Shown: positions 14,751 through 28,995 of the stretch, piece after piece
How positions within the stretch are numbered: the first letter of the stretch is position 1
Layout: every line of letters starts with the position of its first letter
Assembly (NCBI GenBank): GCA_009914755.4
Contig: CP086569.2
Coordinates: 42,080,001-42,144,000 of the forward strand
Reading direction: 5' to 3'
DNA: 64,000 nucleotides
DNA from: the human T2T-CHM13v2.0 reference genome, Homo sapiens
Translations under genes and position numbers: made by a program
Notes under the pieces: generated by a model
The model's database searches: none
What the model saw: only the letters and a program-made list of their open reading frames with translations
Told to the model about the DNA's origin: nothing

Positions 14751-17700
14751 ATGGAGTCAAATGGAATGGTCTGGAATGGAATGAACACGAATGTAATGCA
14801 ACCCAATAGAATGGAATCGAATGGCATGGAATATAAAGAAATGGAATCGAAGAGAATGGAAACAAATGGAATGGAATTGAATGGAATGGAATTGAATGGA
14901 ATGGGAACGAATGGAGTGAAATTGTATGCAGTAGAAGAGAATAGAATGGAATGCAAGCGAAAGGAAAGGAATGGATTGGAATGGAATGGAATTCATTGGA
15001 ATGGAAGGGAATGTAGTGTAATGGACAGGCCTGGAATAAAGTGGAATGCTACGGTCTCGAATGGAATAAAAATGTATGGAATGGAATGCAATGAAACGGA
15101 ATCGAATGTCATAGAATGTAATGGAATGCAAAAAAATGGAATCCAAAATCATTGACTGGAAAGGCTGGGTGTCGAAAGGAATTGACTCCAATGGAATGGA
15201 ATCGAATGGAATGGAAGTGAATAGAATCGAACTAAATCGAATGGAATGGAATTGATAGGAACGGAATGGAAAGGAATGCAATGATTTGGCATGGAATGGA
15301 ATCGAATGGCATCGAATGGAATGGAATGGAATGCAATGGAATGGAATGTATTAGAATGTAATGAACTTTAATGGAATGTACTCGAATGGATTCGACTGGA
15401 ATGGAATGTTCTGGAAGTGAATGGACTCCAATGGAATGGATTCAAAAGGAATGGAATCGTACGGAATGGAATCTAATGGAATGGAATTAAATGGAAATGA
15501 ATCAAATTGAATAGCACGGAATTGAATTGAATGGAATGGAATGCAATGGAATCTAATGAAACGGAAAGGAAAGGAATGGAATGGAATGGAATGGGCTGGA
15601 ATGGAAAGGAATCGAAACGAATGGAATGGAATCGAAGTGAAGAGACTGGAATGGAATGCACTGGAATGGAAGGGAGTGTAATGCAAGGTTCTCGAAAAAA
15701 ATGGAATCGAATGGAATGGAATTGAATGGAACGGAATAGAGTCGAATGGAATTGAATGGAATGGAATGGACTAGAGTGAAATGGAATCGAACCACAAGGA
15801 ATGGACAGGAATAGAATGGTCTCGAATTGAATGGAATCGTATGGAATGGCATCAAACGGAATGGAATGGACAGCCACGGAATGGAATGCACTCGAATGCA
15901 ATGGAGTCGAAACTAATGGACTGGAATAGAATGGACTCGACTGGTACGGACTCCAATGGAATGGAATCGAATGGAAGGGAATCGAACGGAATGGACTCGA
16001 AGGGAAAAGACTGCAATGGAAAGGTCTCGAATGGAATGGAAATTAATGGAATGGAATGGAATCGAATGAAATGGAGTCAAAAGGAATGGAATCGAATGGC
16101 AAGAAATCGAATGTAATGGAATCGCCAGGAATTGATGTGAACGGAACGGAATGGAATGGAATCCAAAGGAATGGAATAGAATGGAATGGAATCGAATGGA
16201 AAGGACTCGAATGGAAATCACTCGAATAGAATGCAATTTAATAAAATAGGATCAAATGTAATGGAATGGAATGGAAAGGAATCGAAACGAAAGGAATGGA
16301 GACAGATGGAATGGAATGGAACAGAGAGCAATGGTATAGAATGGAATGGAATCATCTGGAATGGAATTGAATGGAATGGAATAATATGAAATGGAATGGA
16401 ATGGAATGGAATGGAATGCCCTTGAATTAAATGGACTGGAATGGAATGGACTCAAACAGAGTGGAATGGAAAGTGTGGAGATAGAATGGAATGAACTCCT
16501 TTGGAATGGTGTAGTATGCAATGCAATCGACTGGCAGGGAATCAAAAGGAATGTAATCGAATGGATTGGACTGGAATGCAATGGACTCGAATAGATTGGA
16601 AACGGAATGCAAAGGAATGGAATGGAATAGTATGGAATGCAATGGAAGGGAATGGAGTGGAATAGACTAGAGTGGAATGGAATGGACTGGAAAGCAATGG
16701 ACTGGAATGGAACTTTCTTGGATGGACTGGAATCAAACGGAATGGAATGCAGTGCAATCAAATGGCATGGAATAAAATAGAATGAAAGAGAATCAAATGG
16801 AATTGAATCGAATGGAATCGAATGGATTGGAAAGGAATAGAATGGAATGGAATGGAATGGACTCAAATGGAATGGACTAGAATGGAATGGATTCGAATGG
16901 AAGGCAAAGGAATGGAATCTATTGGAATGGACTGTAATGGAATGGAATGGAAGGGATTGGAATGGACTCGAATGGAATGGACTGCAATAGAAAGGATTCG
17001 AATGGAATGAAAAAGAATTGAATGGAATAGAACAGAATGGAATCAAATCGAATGAAATGGAATGGAATAGAAAGGAATGGAATGAAATGGAATGGAAAGG
17101 ATTCGAATGGAATGCAATCGAATGGAATGGAATCGAACGGAATGGAATAAAATGGAAGAAAACTGGCAAGAAATGGAATCGAAATGAATGGAGTGTTATG
17201 GAACGGACTCAAAAGGAATTGAATGTAATAGAATGGAGTGGAGTGGACTCGAATATAATGGACTGGAATGGAATGAAATCACATGGAATGGGAACGAATG
17301 GAATGGAATGGAAAGGAATGGAATCGAATGGAAAGGAATCGAATGGAAGGGAATGAAATTGAATCAACACGAATGGAAGGGAATAGAATAGACTGTAATG
17401 GAATGGACTCGAATAGAATGGACACGAATGCTCAAATTAAATGGACTCGAATGGAATGGAAACGAAAGGAATGTCATCGAATGGAATTGAATCGATTGGA
17501 ATGAAATCGCATAGAATGGAGTGGAATCAAATGGAATTGAATCGAAAGGAAAGGAAGCGAATGGACTGAAATGAAATGGAATGGAATTGAATGGAAAGTA
17601 ATGCAATGGAATAGAATGGAACGAAATTTCACGGAATGGAATCAAACTGAATGGAATCAAATCAATGGAATCAAATCAAATGGAATGGAAAGGAATTGAA

Positions 17701-18309
17701 TGGAGTAGATTGGATTGGATGGGATTGGAATGAAATGTACTGGAAAGGACTCGAATTTCATGAAACGGAATGGAATGAATTGGAACGGAATGGACTCGAA
17801 TGGAATGGAATGTCATGGGATGGCATCAAATGGAATGACATCAAATGGAATGGAATCGAATGCAATGGAATGCTATGGAATGGAATGGAATGCATTGGAA
17901 TGGAATGTCCTATAATGGAATGGATTCGAGTGGAATGGAATTGAATATAATGGAGTCGAATGAAATGGAATTGAAAGGAATGGGATCGAATACAATGGAA
18001 TATACAGGAATGTAACGTAATGAACTCGAATGTAATTGACTGGAATGGAATGTACATGAATGGAATGTAATCGAATGGAAAGTAATCCAATGGAATAGAA
18101 TCTAATGCAATAAAATCGACTCAGATAGAGTAGAATGTAATGGAATGGAGTGCAGTGCAATGGAATGGAATGGAATGGAATGCAATGGAATGGAATGGAA
18201 TGGAATGGAATGGAATGGAATGGGATGGAATGGTATGGAATGGATAGTAATGGACTGGAGTGAAATGGACTGGAAAGGAATGGACTCAAATTGAAAGGGC
18301 TCGAAAGGA
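14751..18309 (+). repeat. HOR unit 5 (3559 bp), subtype B
   Basis: Anchor recurrence. Same 15-bp deletion form at ~15978. Tail shares variants with unit 2 ('gtagattggattgg' ~17704, 'tatacaggaatg' ~18001). Confidence 0.85.
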
Positions 18310-21300
18310 ATGGAGTCAAATGGAATGGTCTGGAATGGAATGAACACGAATGTAATGCAACCCAATAGAATGGAATCGAATGGCATGGAATATAAAGAAA
18401 TGGAATCGAAGAGAATGGAAACAAATGGAATGGAATTGAATGGAATGGAATTGAATGGAATGGGAACGAATGGAGTGAAATTGTATGCAGTAGAAGAGAA
18501 TAGAATGGAATGCAAGCGAAAGGAAAGGAATGGATTGGAATGGAATGGAATTCATTGGAATGGAAGGGAATGTAGTGTAATGGACAGGCCTGGAATAAAG
18601 TGGAATGCTACGGTCTCGAATGGAATAAAAATGTATGGAATGGAATGCAATGAAACGGAATCGAATGTCATAGAATGTAATGGAATGCAAAAAAATGGAA
18701 TCCAAAATCATTGACTGGAAAGGCTGGGTGTCGAAAGGAATTGACTCCAATGGAATGGAATCGAATGGAATGGAAGTGAATAGAATCGAACTAAATCGAA
18801 TGGAATGGAATTGATAGGAACGGAATGGAAAGGAATGCAATGATTTGGCATGGAATGGAATCGAATGGCATCGAATGGAATGGAATGGAATGCATGGAAT
18901 GGAATGTATTAGAATGTAATGAACTTTAATGGAATGTACTCGAATGGATTCGACTGGAATGGAATGTTCTGGAAGTGAATGGACTCCAATGGAATGGATT
19001 CAAAAGGAATGGAATCGTACGGAATGGAATCTAATGGAATGGAATTAAATGGAAATGAATCAAATTGAATAGCACGGAATTGAATTGAATGGAATGGAAT
19101 GCAATGGAATCTAATGAAACGGAAAGGAAAGGAATGGAATGGAATGGAATGGGCTGGAATGGAAAGGAATCGAAACGAATGGAATGGAATCGAAGTGAAG
19201 AGACTGGAATGGAATGCACTGGAATGGAAGGGAGTGTAATGGAAGGTTCTCGAAAAAAATGGAATCGAATGGAATGGAATTGAATGGAACGGAATAGAGT
19301 CGAATGGAATTGAATGGAATGGAATGGACTAGAGTGAAATGGAATCGAACCACAAGGAATGGACAGGAATAGAATGGTCTCGAATTGAATGGAATCGTAT
19401 GGAATGGCATCAAACGGAATGGAATGGACAGCCACGGAATGGAATGCACTCGAATGCAATGGAGTCGAAACTAATGGACTGGAATAGAATGGACTCGACT
19501 GGTACGGACTCCAATGGAATGGAATCGAATGGAAGGGAATCGAACGGAATGGAATCGAACGGAATGGACTCGAAGGGAAAAGACTGCAATGGAAAGGTCT
19601 CGAATGGAATGGAAATTAATGGAATGGAATGGAATCGAATGAAATGGAGTCAAAAGGAATGGAATCGAATGGCAAGAAATCGAATGTAATGGAATCGCCA
19701 GGAATTGATGTGAACGGAACGGAATGGAATGGAATCCAAAGGAATGGAATAGAATGGAATGGAATCGAATGGAAAGGACTCGAATGGAAATCACTCGAAT
19801 AGAATGCAATTTAATAAAATAGGATCAAATGTAATGGAATGGAATGGAAAGGAATCGAAACGAAAGGAATGGAGACAGATGGAATGGAATGGAACAGAGA
19901 GCAATGGTATAGAATGGAATGGAATCATCTGGAATGGAATTGAATGGAATGGAATAATATGAAATGGAATGGAATGGAATGGAATGGAATGCCCTTGAAT
20001 TAAATGGACTGGAATGGAATGGACTCAAACAGAGTGGAATGGAAAGTGTGGAGATAGAATGGAATGAACTCCTTTGGAATGGTGTAGTATGCAATGCAAT
20101 CGACTGGCAGGGAGTCAAAAGGTATGTAATCGAATGGATTGGACTGGAATGCAAAGGACTCGAATAGATTGGAAACGGAATGCAAAGGAATGGAATGGAA
20201 TAGTATGGAATGCAATGGAAGGGAATGCAGTGGAATAGACTAGAGTGGAATGGAATGGACTGGAAAGCAATGGACTGGAATGGAACTTTCTTGGATGGAC
20301 TGGAATCAAACGGAATGGAATGCAGTGCAATCAAATGGCATGGAATAAAATAGAATGAAAGAGAATCAAATGGAATTGAATCGAATGGAATCGAATGGAT
20401 TGGAAAGGAATAGAATGGAATGGAATGGAATTGACTCAAATGGAATGGACTAGAATGGAATGGATTCGAATGGAAGGCAAAGGAATGGAATCTATTGGAA
20501 TGGACTGTAATGGAATGGAATGGAAGGGATTGGAATGGACTCGAATGGAATGGACTGCAATAGAAAGGATTCGAATGGAATGAAAAAGAATTGAATGGAA
20601 TAGAACAGAATGGAATCAAATCGAATGAAATGGAATGGAATAGAAAGGAATGGAATGAAATGGAATGGAAAGGATTCGAATGGAATGCAATCGAATGGAA
20701 TGGAATCGAACGGAATGGAATAAAATGGAAGAAAACTGGCAAGAAATGGAATCGAAATGAATGGAGTGTTATGGAACGGACTCAAAAGGAATTGAATGTA
20801 ATAGAATGGAGTGGAGTGGACTCGAATATAATGGACTGGAATGGAATGAAATCACATGGAATGGGAACGAATGGAATGGAATGGAAAGGAAAGGAATCGA
20901 ATGGAAGGGAATGAAATTGAATCAACACGAATGGAAGGGAATAGAATAGACTGTAATGGAATGGACTCGAATAGAATGGACACGAATGCTCAAATTAAAT
21001 GGACTCGAATGGAATGGAAACGAAAGGAATGTCATCGAATGGAATTGAATCGATTGGAATGAAATCGCATAGAATGGAGTGGAATCAAATGGAATTGAAT
21101 CGAAAGGAAAGGAAGCGAATGGACTGAAATGAAATGGAATGGAATTGAATGGAAAGTAATGCAATGGAATAGAATGGAACGAAATTTCACGGAATGGAAT
21201 CAAACTGAATGGAATCAAATCAATGGAATCAAATCAAATGGAATGGAAAGGAATTGAATGGAGTAGATGGGATTGGATGGGATTGGAATGAAATGTACTG

Positions 21301-21862
21301 GAAAGGACTCGAATTTCATGAAACGGAATGGAATGAATTGGAACGGAATGGACTCGAATGGAATGGAATGTCATGGGATGGCATCAAATGGAATGACATC
21401 AAATGGAATGGAATCGAATGCAATGGAATGCTATGGAATGGAATGGAATGCATTGGAATGGAATGTCCGCTAATGGAATGGATTCGAGTGGAATGGAATT
21501 GAATATAATGGAGTCGAATGAAATGGAATTGAAAGGAATGGGATCGAATACAATGGAATATACTGGAATGTAACGTAATGAACTCGAATGTAATTGACTG
21601 GAATGGAATGTACATGAATGGAATGTAATCGAATGGAAAGTAATCCAATGGAATAGAATCTAATGCAATAAAATCGACTCAGATAGAGTAGAATGTAATG
21701 GAATGGAGTGCAGTGCAATGGAATGGAATGGAATGGAATGCAATGGAATGGAATGGAATGGAATGGGATGGAATGGGATGGAATGGTATGGAATGGATAG
21801 TAATGGACTGGAGTGAAATGGACTGGAAAGGAATGGACTCAAATTGAAAGGTCTCGAAAGGA
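18310..21862 (+). repeat. HOR unit 6 (3553 bp), subtype A. Near-copy of unit 3.
   Basis: Anchor recurrence. 'tgcatgg' 1-bp deletion at 18901-18907. Shares the 'gtcaaaaggtatgtaatcg'/'gaatgcaaaggactcg' variants with unit 3 (9393/20114). Confidence 0.85.
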
Positions 21863-24800
21863 ATGGAGTCAAATGGAATGGTCTGGAATGGAATGAACAC
21901 GAATGTAATGCAACCCAATAGAATGGAATCGAATGGCATGGAATATAAAGAAATGGAATCGAAAAGAATGGAAACAAATGGAATGGAATTGAATGGAATG
22001 GAATTGAATGGAATGGGAACGAATGGAGTGAAATTGTATGCAGTAGAAGAGAATAGAATGGAATGCAAGCGAAAGGAAAGGAATGGATTGGAATGGAATG
22101 GAATTCATTGGAATGGAAGGGAATGTAGTGTAATGGACAGGCCTGGAATAAAGTGGAATGCTACGGTCTCGAATGGAATAAAAATGTATGGAATGGAATG
22201 CAATGAAACGGAATCGAATGTCATAGAATGTAATGGAATGCAAAAAAATGGAATCCAAAATCATTGACTGGAAAGGCTGGGTGTCGAAAGGAATTGACTC
22301 CAATGGAATGGAATCGAATGGAATGGAAGTGAATAGAATCGAACTAAATCGAATGGAATGGAATTGATAGGAACGGAATGGAAAGGAATGCAATGATTTG
22401 GCATGGAATGGAATCGAATGGCATCGAATGGAATGGAATGGAATGCAATGGAATGGAATGTATTAGAATGTAATGAACTTTAATGGAATGTACTCGAATG
22501 GATTCGACTGGAATGGAATGTTCTGGAAGTGAATGGACTCCAATGGAATGGATTCAAAAGGAATGGAATCGTACGGAATGGAATCTAATGGAATGGAATT
22601 AAATGGAAATGAATCAAATTGAATAGCACGGAATTGAATTGAATGGAATGGAATGCAATGGAATCTAATGAAACGGAAAGGAAAGGAATGGAATGGAATG
22701 GAATGGGCTGGAATGGAAAGGAATCGAAACGAATGGAATGGAATCGAAGTGAAGAGACTGGAATGGAATGCACTGGAATGGAAGGGAGTGTAATGCAAGG
22801 TTCTCGAAAAAAATGGAATCGAATGGAATGGAATTGAATGGAACGGAATAGAGTCGAATGGAATTGAATGGAATGGAATGGACTAGAGTGAAATGGAATC
22901 GAACCACAAGGAATGGACAGGAATAGAATGGTCTCGAATTGAATGGAATCGTATGGAATGGCATCAAACGGAATGGAATGGACAGCCACGGAATGGAATG
23001 CACTCGAATGCAATGGAGTCGAAACTAATGGACTGGAATAGAATGGACTCGACTGGTACGGACTCCAATGGAATGGAATCGAATGGAAGGGAATCGAACG
23101 GAATGGACTCGAAGGGAAAAGACTGCAATGGAAAGGTCTCGAATGGAATGGAAATTAATGGAATGGAATGGAATCGAATGAAATGGAGTCAAAAGGAATG
23201 GAATCGAATGGCAAGAAATCGAATCTAATGGAATCGCCAGGAATTGATGTGAACGGAACGGAATGGAATGGAATCCAAAGGAATGGAATAGAATGGAATG
23301 GAATCGAATGGAAAGGACTCGAATGGAAATCACTCGAATAGAATGCAATTTAATAAAATGGGATCAAATGTAATGGAATGGAATGGAAAGGAATTGAAAC
23401 GAAAGGAATGGAGACAGATGGAATGGAATGGAACAGAGAGCAATGGTATAGAATGGAATGGAATCATCTGGAATGGAATTGAATGGAATGGAATAATATG
23501 AAATGGAATGGAATGGAATGGAATGGAATGCCCTTGAATTAAATGGACTGGAATGGAATGGACTCAAACAGAGTGGAATGGAAAGTGTGGAGATAGAATG
23601 GAATGAACTCCTTTGGAATGGTGTAGTATGCAATGCAATCGACTGGCAGGGAATCACAAGGAATGTAATCGAATGGATTGGACTGAAATGCAATGGACTC
23701 GAATAGATTGGAAACGGAATGCAAAGGAATGGAATGGAATAGTATGGAATGCAATGGAAGGGAATGGAGTGGAATAGACTAGAGTGGAATGGAATGGACT
23801 GGAAAGCAATGGACTGGAATGGAACATTCTTGGATGGACTGGAATCAAACGGAATGGAATGCAATGCAATCAAATGGCATGGAATAAAATAGAATGAAAG
23901 AGAATCAAATGGAATTGAATCGAATGGAATCGAATGGATTGGAAAGGAATAGAATGGAATGGAATGGAATTGACTCAAATGGAATGGACTAGAATGGAAT
24001 GGATTCGAATGGAAGGCAAAGGAATGGAATCTATTGGAATGGACTGTAATGGAATGGAATGGAAGGGATTCGAATGGACTCGAATGGAATGGACTGCAAT
24101 AGAAAGGATTCGAATGGAATGAAAAAGAATTGAATGGAATAGAACAGAATGGAATCAAATCGAATGAAATGGAATGGAATAGAAAGGAATGGAATGAAAT
24201 GGAATGGAAAGGATTCGAATGGAATGCAATCGAATGGAATGGAATCGAACGGAATGGAATAAAATGGAAGAAAACTGGCAAGAAATGGAATCGAAATGAA
24301 TGGAGTGTTATGGAACGGACTCAAAAGGAATTGAATGTAATAGAATGGAGTGGAGTGGACTCGAATATAATGGACTGGAATGGAATGAAATCACATGGAA
24401 TGGGAACGAATGGAATGGAATGGAAAGGAATGGAATCGAATGGAAAGGAATCGAATGGAAGGAAATGAAATTGAATCAACACGAATGGAAGGGAATAGAA
24501 TAGACTGTAATGGAATGGACTCGAATAGAATGGACACGAATGCTCAAATTAAATGGACTCGAATGGAATGGAAACGAAAGGAATGTCATCGAATGGAATT
24601 GAATCGATTGGAATGAAATCGCATAGAATGGAGTGGAATCAAATGGAATTGAATCGAAAGGAAAGGAAGCGAATGGACTGAAATGAAATGGAATGGAATT
24701 GAATGGAAAGTAATGCAATGGAATAGAATGGAACGAAATTTCACGGAATGGAATCAAACTGAATGGAATCAAATCAATGGAATCAAATCAAATGGAATGG

Positions 24801-25431
24801 AAAGGAATTGAATGGAGTAGATGGGATTGGATGGGATTGGAATGAAATGTACTGGAAAGGACTCGAATTTCATGAAACGGAATGGAATGAATTGGAACGG
24901 AATGGACTCGAATGGAATGGAATGTCATGGGATGGCATCAAATGGAATGGCATCAAATGGAATGGAATCGAATGCAATGGAATGCTATGGAATGGAATGG
25001 AATGCATTGGAATGGAATGTCCTCTAATGGAATGGATTCGAGTGGAATGGAATTGAATATAATGGAGTCGAATGAAATGGAATTGAAAGGAATGGGATCG
25101 AATACAATGGAATATACTGGAATGTAATGTAATGAACTCGAATGTAATTGACTGGAATGGAATGTACATGAATGGAATGTAATCGAATGGAAAGTAATCC
25201 AATGGAATAGAATCTAATGCAATAAAATCGACTCAGATAGAGTAGAATGTAATGGAATGGAGTGCAGTGCAAAGGAATGGAATGGAATGGAATGCAATGG
25301 AATGGAATGGAATGGAATGGAATGGAATGGAATGGAATGGAATGGGATGGAATGGTATGGAATGGATAATAATAGACTGGAGTGAAATGGACTGGAAAGG
25401 AATGGACTCAAATTGAAAGGGCTCGAAAGGA
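21863..25431 (+). repeat. HOR unit 7 (3569 bp), subtype B. First unit of the central 'ggaatggcatcaaatgg' domain.
   Basis: Anchor recurrence. 15-bp deletion form ~23100. 'ggaatggcatcaaatgg' at ~24946. Confidence 0.85.
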
Positions 25432-28400
25432 ATGGATTCAAATGGAATGGTCTGGAATGGAATGAACACGAATGTAATGCAACCCAATAGAATGGAATCG
25501 AATGGCATGGAATATAAAGAAATGGAATCGAAGAGAATGGAAACAAATGGAATGGAATTGAATGGAATGGAATTGAATGGAATGGGAACGAATGGAGTGA
25601 AATTGTATGCAGTAGAAGAGAATAGAATGGAATGCAAGCGAAAGGAAAGGAATGGATTGGAATGGAATGGAATTCATTGGAATGGAAGGGAATGTAGTGT
25701 AATGGACAGGCCTGGAATAAAGTGGAATGCTACGGTCTCGAATGGAATAAAAATGTATGGAATGGAATGCAATGAAACGGAATCGAATGTCATAGAATGT
25801 AATGGAATGCAAAAAAATGGAATCCAAAATCATTGACTGGAAAGGCTGGGTGTCGAAAGGAATTGACTCCAATGGAATGGAATCGAATGGAATGGAAGTG
25901 AATAGAATCGAACTAAATCGAATGGAATGGAATTGATAGGAACGGAATGGAAAAGAATGCAATGATTTGGCATGGAATGGAATCGAATGGCATCGAATGG
26001 AATGGAATGGAATGCAATGGAATGGAATGTATTAGAATGGAATGAACTTTAATGGAATGTACTCGAATGGATTCGACTGGAATGGAATGTTCTGGAAGTG
26101 AATGGACTCCAATGGAATGGATTCAAAAGGAATGGAATCGTACGGAATGGAATCTAATGGAATGGAATTAAATGGAAATGAATCAAATTGAATAGCACGG
26201 AATTGAATTGAATGGAATGGAATGCAATGGAATCTAATGAAACGGAAAGGAAAGGAATGGAATGGAATGGAATGGGCTGGAATGGAAAGGAATCGAAACG
26301 AATGGAATGGAATCGAAGTGAAGAGACTGGAATGGAATGCACTGGAATGGAAGGGAGTGTAATGGAAGGTTCTCGAAAAAAATGGAATCGAATGGAATGG
26401 AATTGAATGGAACGGAATAGAGTCGAATGGAATTGAATGGAATGGAATGGACTAGAGTGAAATGGAATCGAACCACAAGGAATGGACAGGAATAGAATGG
26501 TCTCGAATTGAATGGAATCGTATGGAATGGCATCAAACCGAATGGAATGGACAGCCACGGAATGGAATGCACTCGAATGCAATGGAGTCGAAACTAATGG
26601 ACTGGAATAGAATGGACTCGACTGGTACGGACTCCAATGGAATGGAATCGAATGGAAGGGAATCGAACGGAATGGACTCGAAGGGAAAAGACTGCAATGG
26701 AAAGGTCTCGAATGGAATGGAAATTAATGGAATGGAATGGAATCGAATGAAATGGAGTCAAAAGGAATGGAATCGAATGGCAAGAAATCGAATGTAATGG
26801 AATCGCCAGGAATTGATGTGAACGGAACGGAATGGAATGGAATCCAAAGGAATGGAATAGAATGGAATGGAATCGAATGGAAAGGACTCGAATGGAAATC
26901 ACTCGAATAGAATGCAATTTAATAAAATAGGATCAAATGTAATGGAATGGAATGGAAAGGAATCGAAACGAAAGGAATGGAGACAGATGGAATGGAATGG
27001 AACAGAGAGCAATGGTATAGAACGGAATGGAATCATCTGGAATGGAATTGAATGGAATGGAATAATATGAAATGGAATGGAATGGAATGGAATGGAATGC
27101 CCTTGAATTAAATGGACTGGAATGGAATGGACTCAAACAGAGTGGAATGGAAAGTGTGGAGATAGAATGGAGTGAACTCCTTTGGAATGGTGTAGTATGC
27201 AATGCAATCGACTGGCAGGGAATCAAAAGGAATGTAATCGAATGGATTGGACTGGAATGCAATGGACTCGAATAGATTGGAAACGGAATGCAAAGGAATG
27301 GAATGGAATAGTATGGAATGCAATGGAAGGGAATGGAGTGGAATAGACTAGAGTGGAATGGAATGGACTGGAAAGCAATGGACTGGAATGGAACTTTCTT
27401 GGATGGACTTTAATCAAACGGAATGGAATGCAATGCAATCAAATGGCATGGAATAAATTAGAATGAAAGAGAATCAAATGGAATTGAATCGAATGGAATC
27501 GAATGGATTGGAAAGGAATAGAATGGAATGGAATGGAATTGACTCAAATGGAATGGACTAGAATGGAATGGATTCGAATGGAAGGCAAAGGAATGGAATC
27601 TATTGGAATGGACTGTAATGGAATGGAATGGAAGGGATTGGAATGGACTCGAATGGAATGGACTGCAATAGAAAGGATTCGAATGGAATGAAAAAGAATT
27701 GAATGGAATAGAACAGAATGGAATCAAATCGAATGAAATGGAATGGAATAGAAAGGAATGGAATGAAATGGAATGGAAAGGATTCGAATGGAATGCAATC
27801 GAATGGAATGGAATCGAACGGAATGGAATAAAATGGAAGAAAACTGGCAAGAAATGGAATCGAAATGAATGGAGTGTTATGGAACGGACTCAAAAGGAAT
27901 TGAATGTAATAGAATGGAGTGGAGTGGACTCGAATATAATGGACTGGAATGGAATGAAATCACATGGAATGGGAACGAATGGAATGGAATGGAAAGGAAT
28001 GGAATCGAATGGAAAGGAATCGAATGGAAGGGAATGAAATTGAATCAACACGAATGGAAGGGAATAGAATAGACTGTAATGGAATGGACTCGAATAGAAT
28101 GGACACGAATGCTCAAATTAAATGGACTCGAATGGAATGGAAACGAAAGGAATGTCATCGAATGGAATTGAATCGATTGGAATGAAATCGCATAGAATGG
28201 AGTGGAATCAAATGGAATTGAATCGAAAGGAAAGGAAGCGAATGGACTGAAATGAAATGGAATGGAATTGAATGGAAAGTAATGCAATGGAATAGAATGG
28301 AACGAAATTTCACGGAATGGAATCAAACTGAATGGAATCAAATCAATGGAATCAAATCAAATGGAATGGAAAGGAATTGAATGGAGTAGATGGGATTGGA

Positions 28401-28995
28401 TGGGATTGGAATGAAATGTACTGGAAAGGACTCGAATTTCATGAAACGGAATGGAATGAATTGGAACGGAATGGACTCGAATGGAATGGAATGTCATGGG
28501 ATGGCATCAAATGGAATGGCATCAAATGGAATGGAATCGAATGCAATGGAATGCTATGGAATGGAATGGAATGCATTGGAATGGAATGTCCTCTAATGGA
28601 ATGGATTCGAGTGGAATGGAATTGAATATAATGGAGTCGAATGAAATGGAATTGAAAGGAATGGGATCGAATACAATGGAATATACTGGAATGTAACGTA
28701 ATGAACTCGAATGTAATTGACTGGAATGGAATGTACATGAATGGAATGTAACCGAATGGAAAGTAATCCAATGGAATAGAATCTAATGCAATAAAATCGA
28801 CTAAGATAGAGTAGAATGTAATGGAATGGAGTGCAGTGCAATGGAATGGAATGGAATGGAATGCAATGGAATGGAATGGAATGGAATGGAATGGAATGGA
28901 ATGGAATGGGATGGAATGGTATGGAATGGATAGTAATGGACTGGAGTGAAATGGACTGGAAAGGAATGGACTCAAATTGAAAGGGCTCGAAAGGA
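25432..28995 (+). repeat. HOR unit 8 (3564 bp), subtype B
   Basis: Anchor recurrence. 15-bp deletion form ~26660. Private 'ggactttaatc' at ~27407 and 'gaataaattagaatg' at ~27452. Confidence 0.85.
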
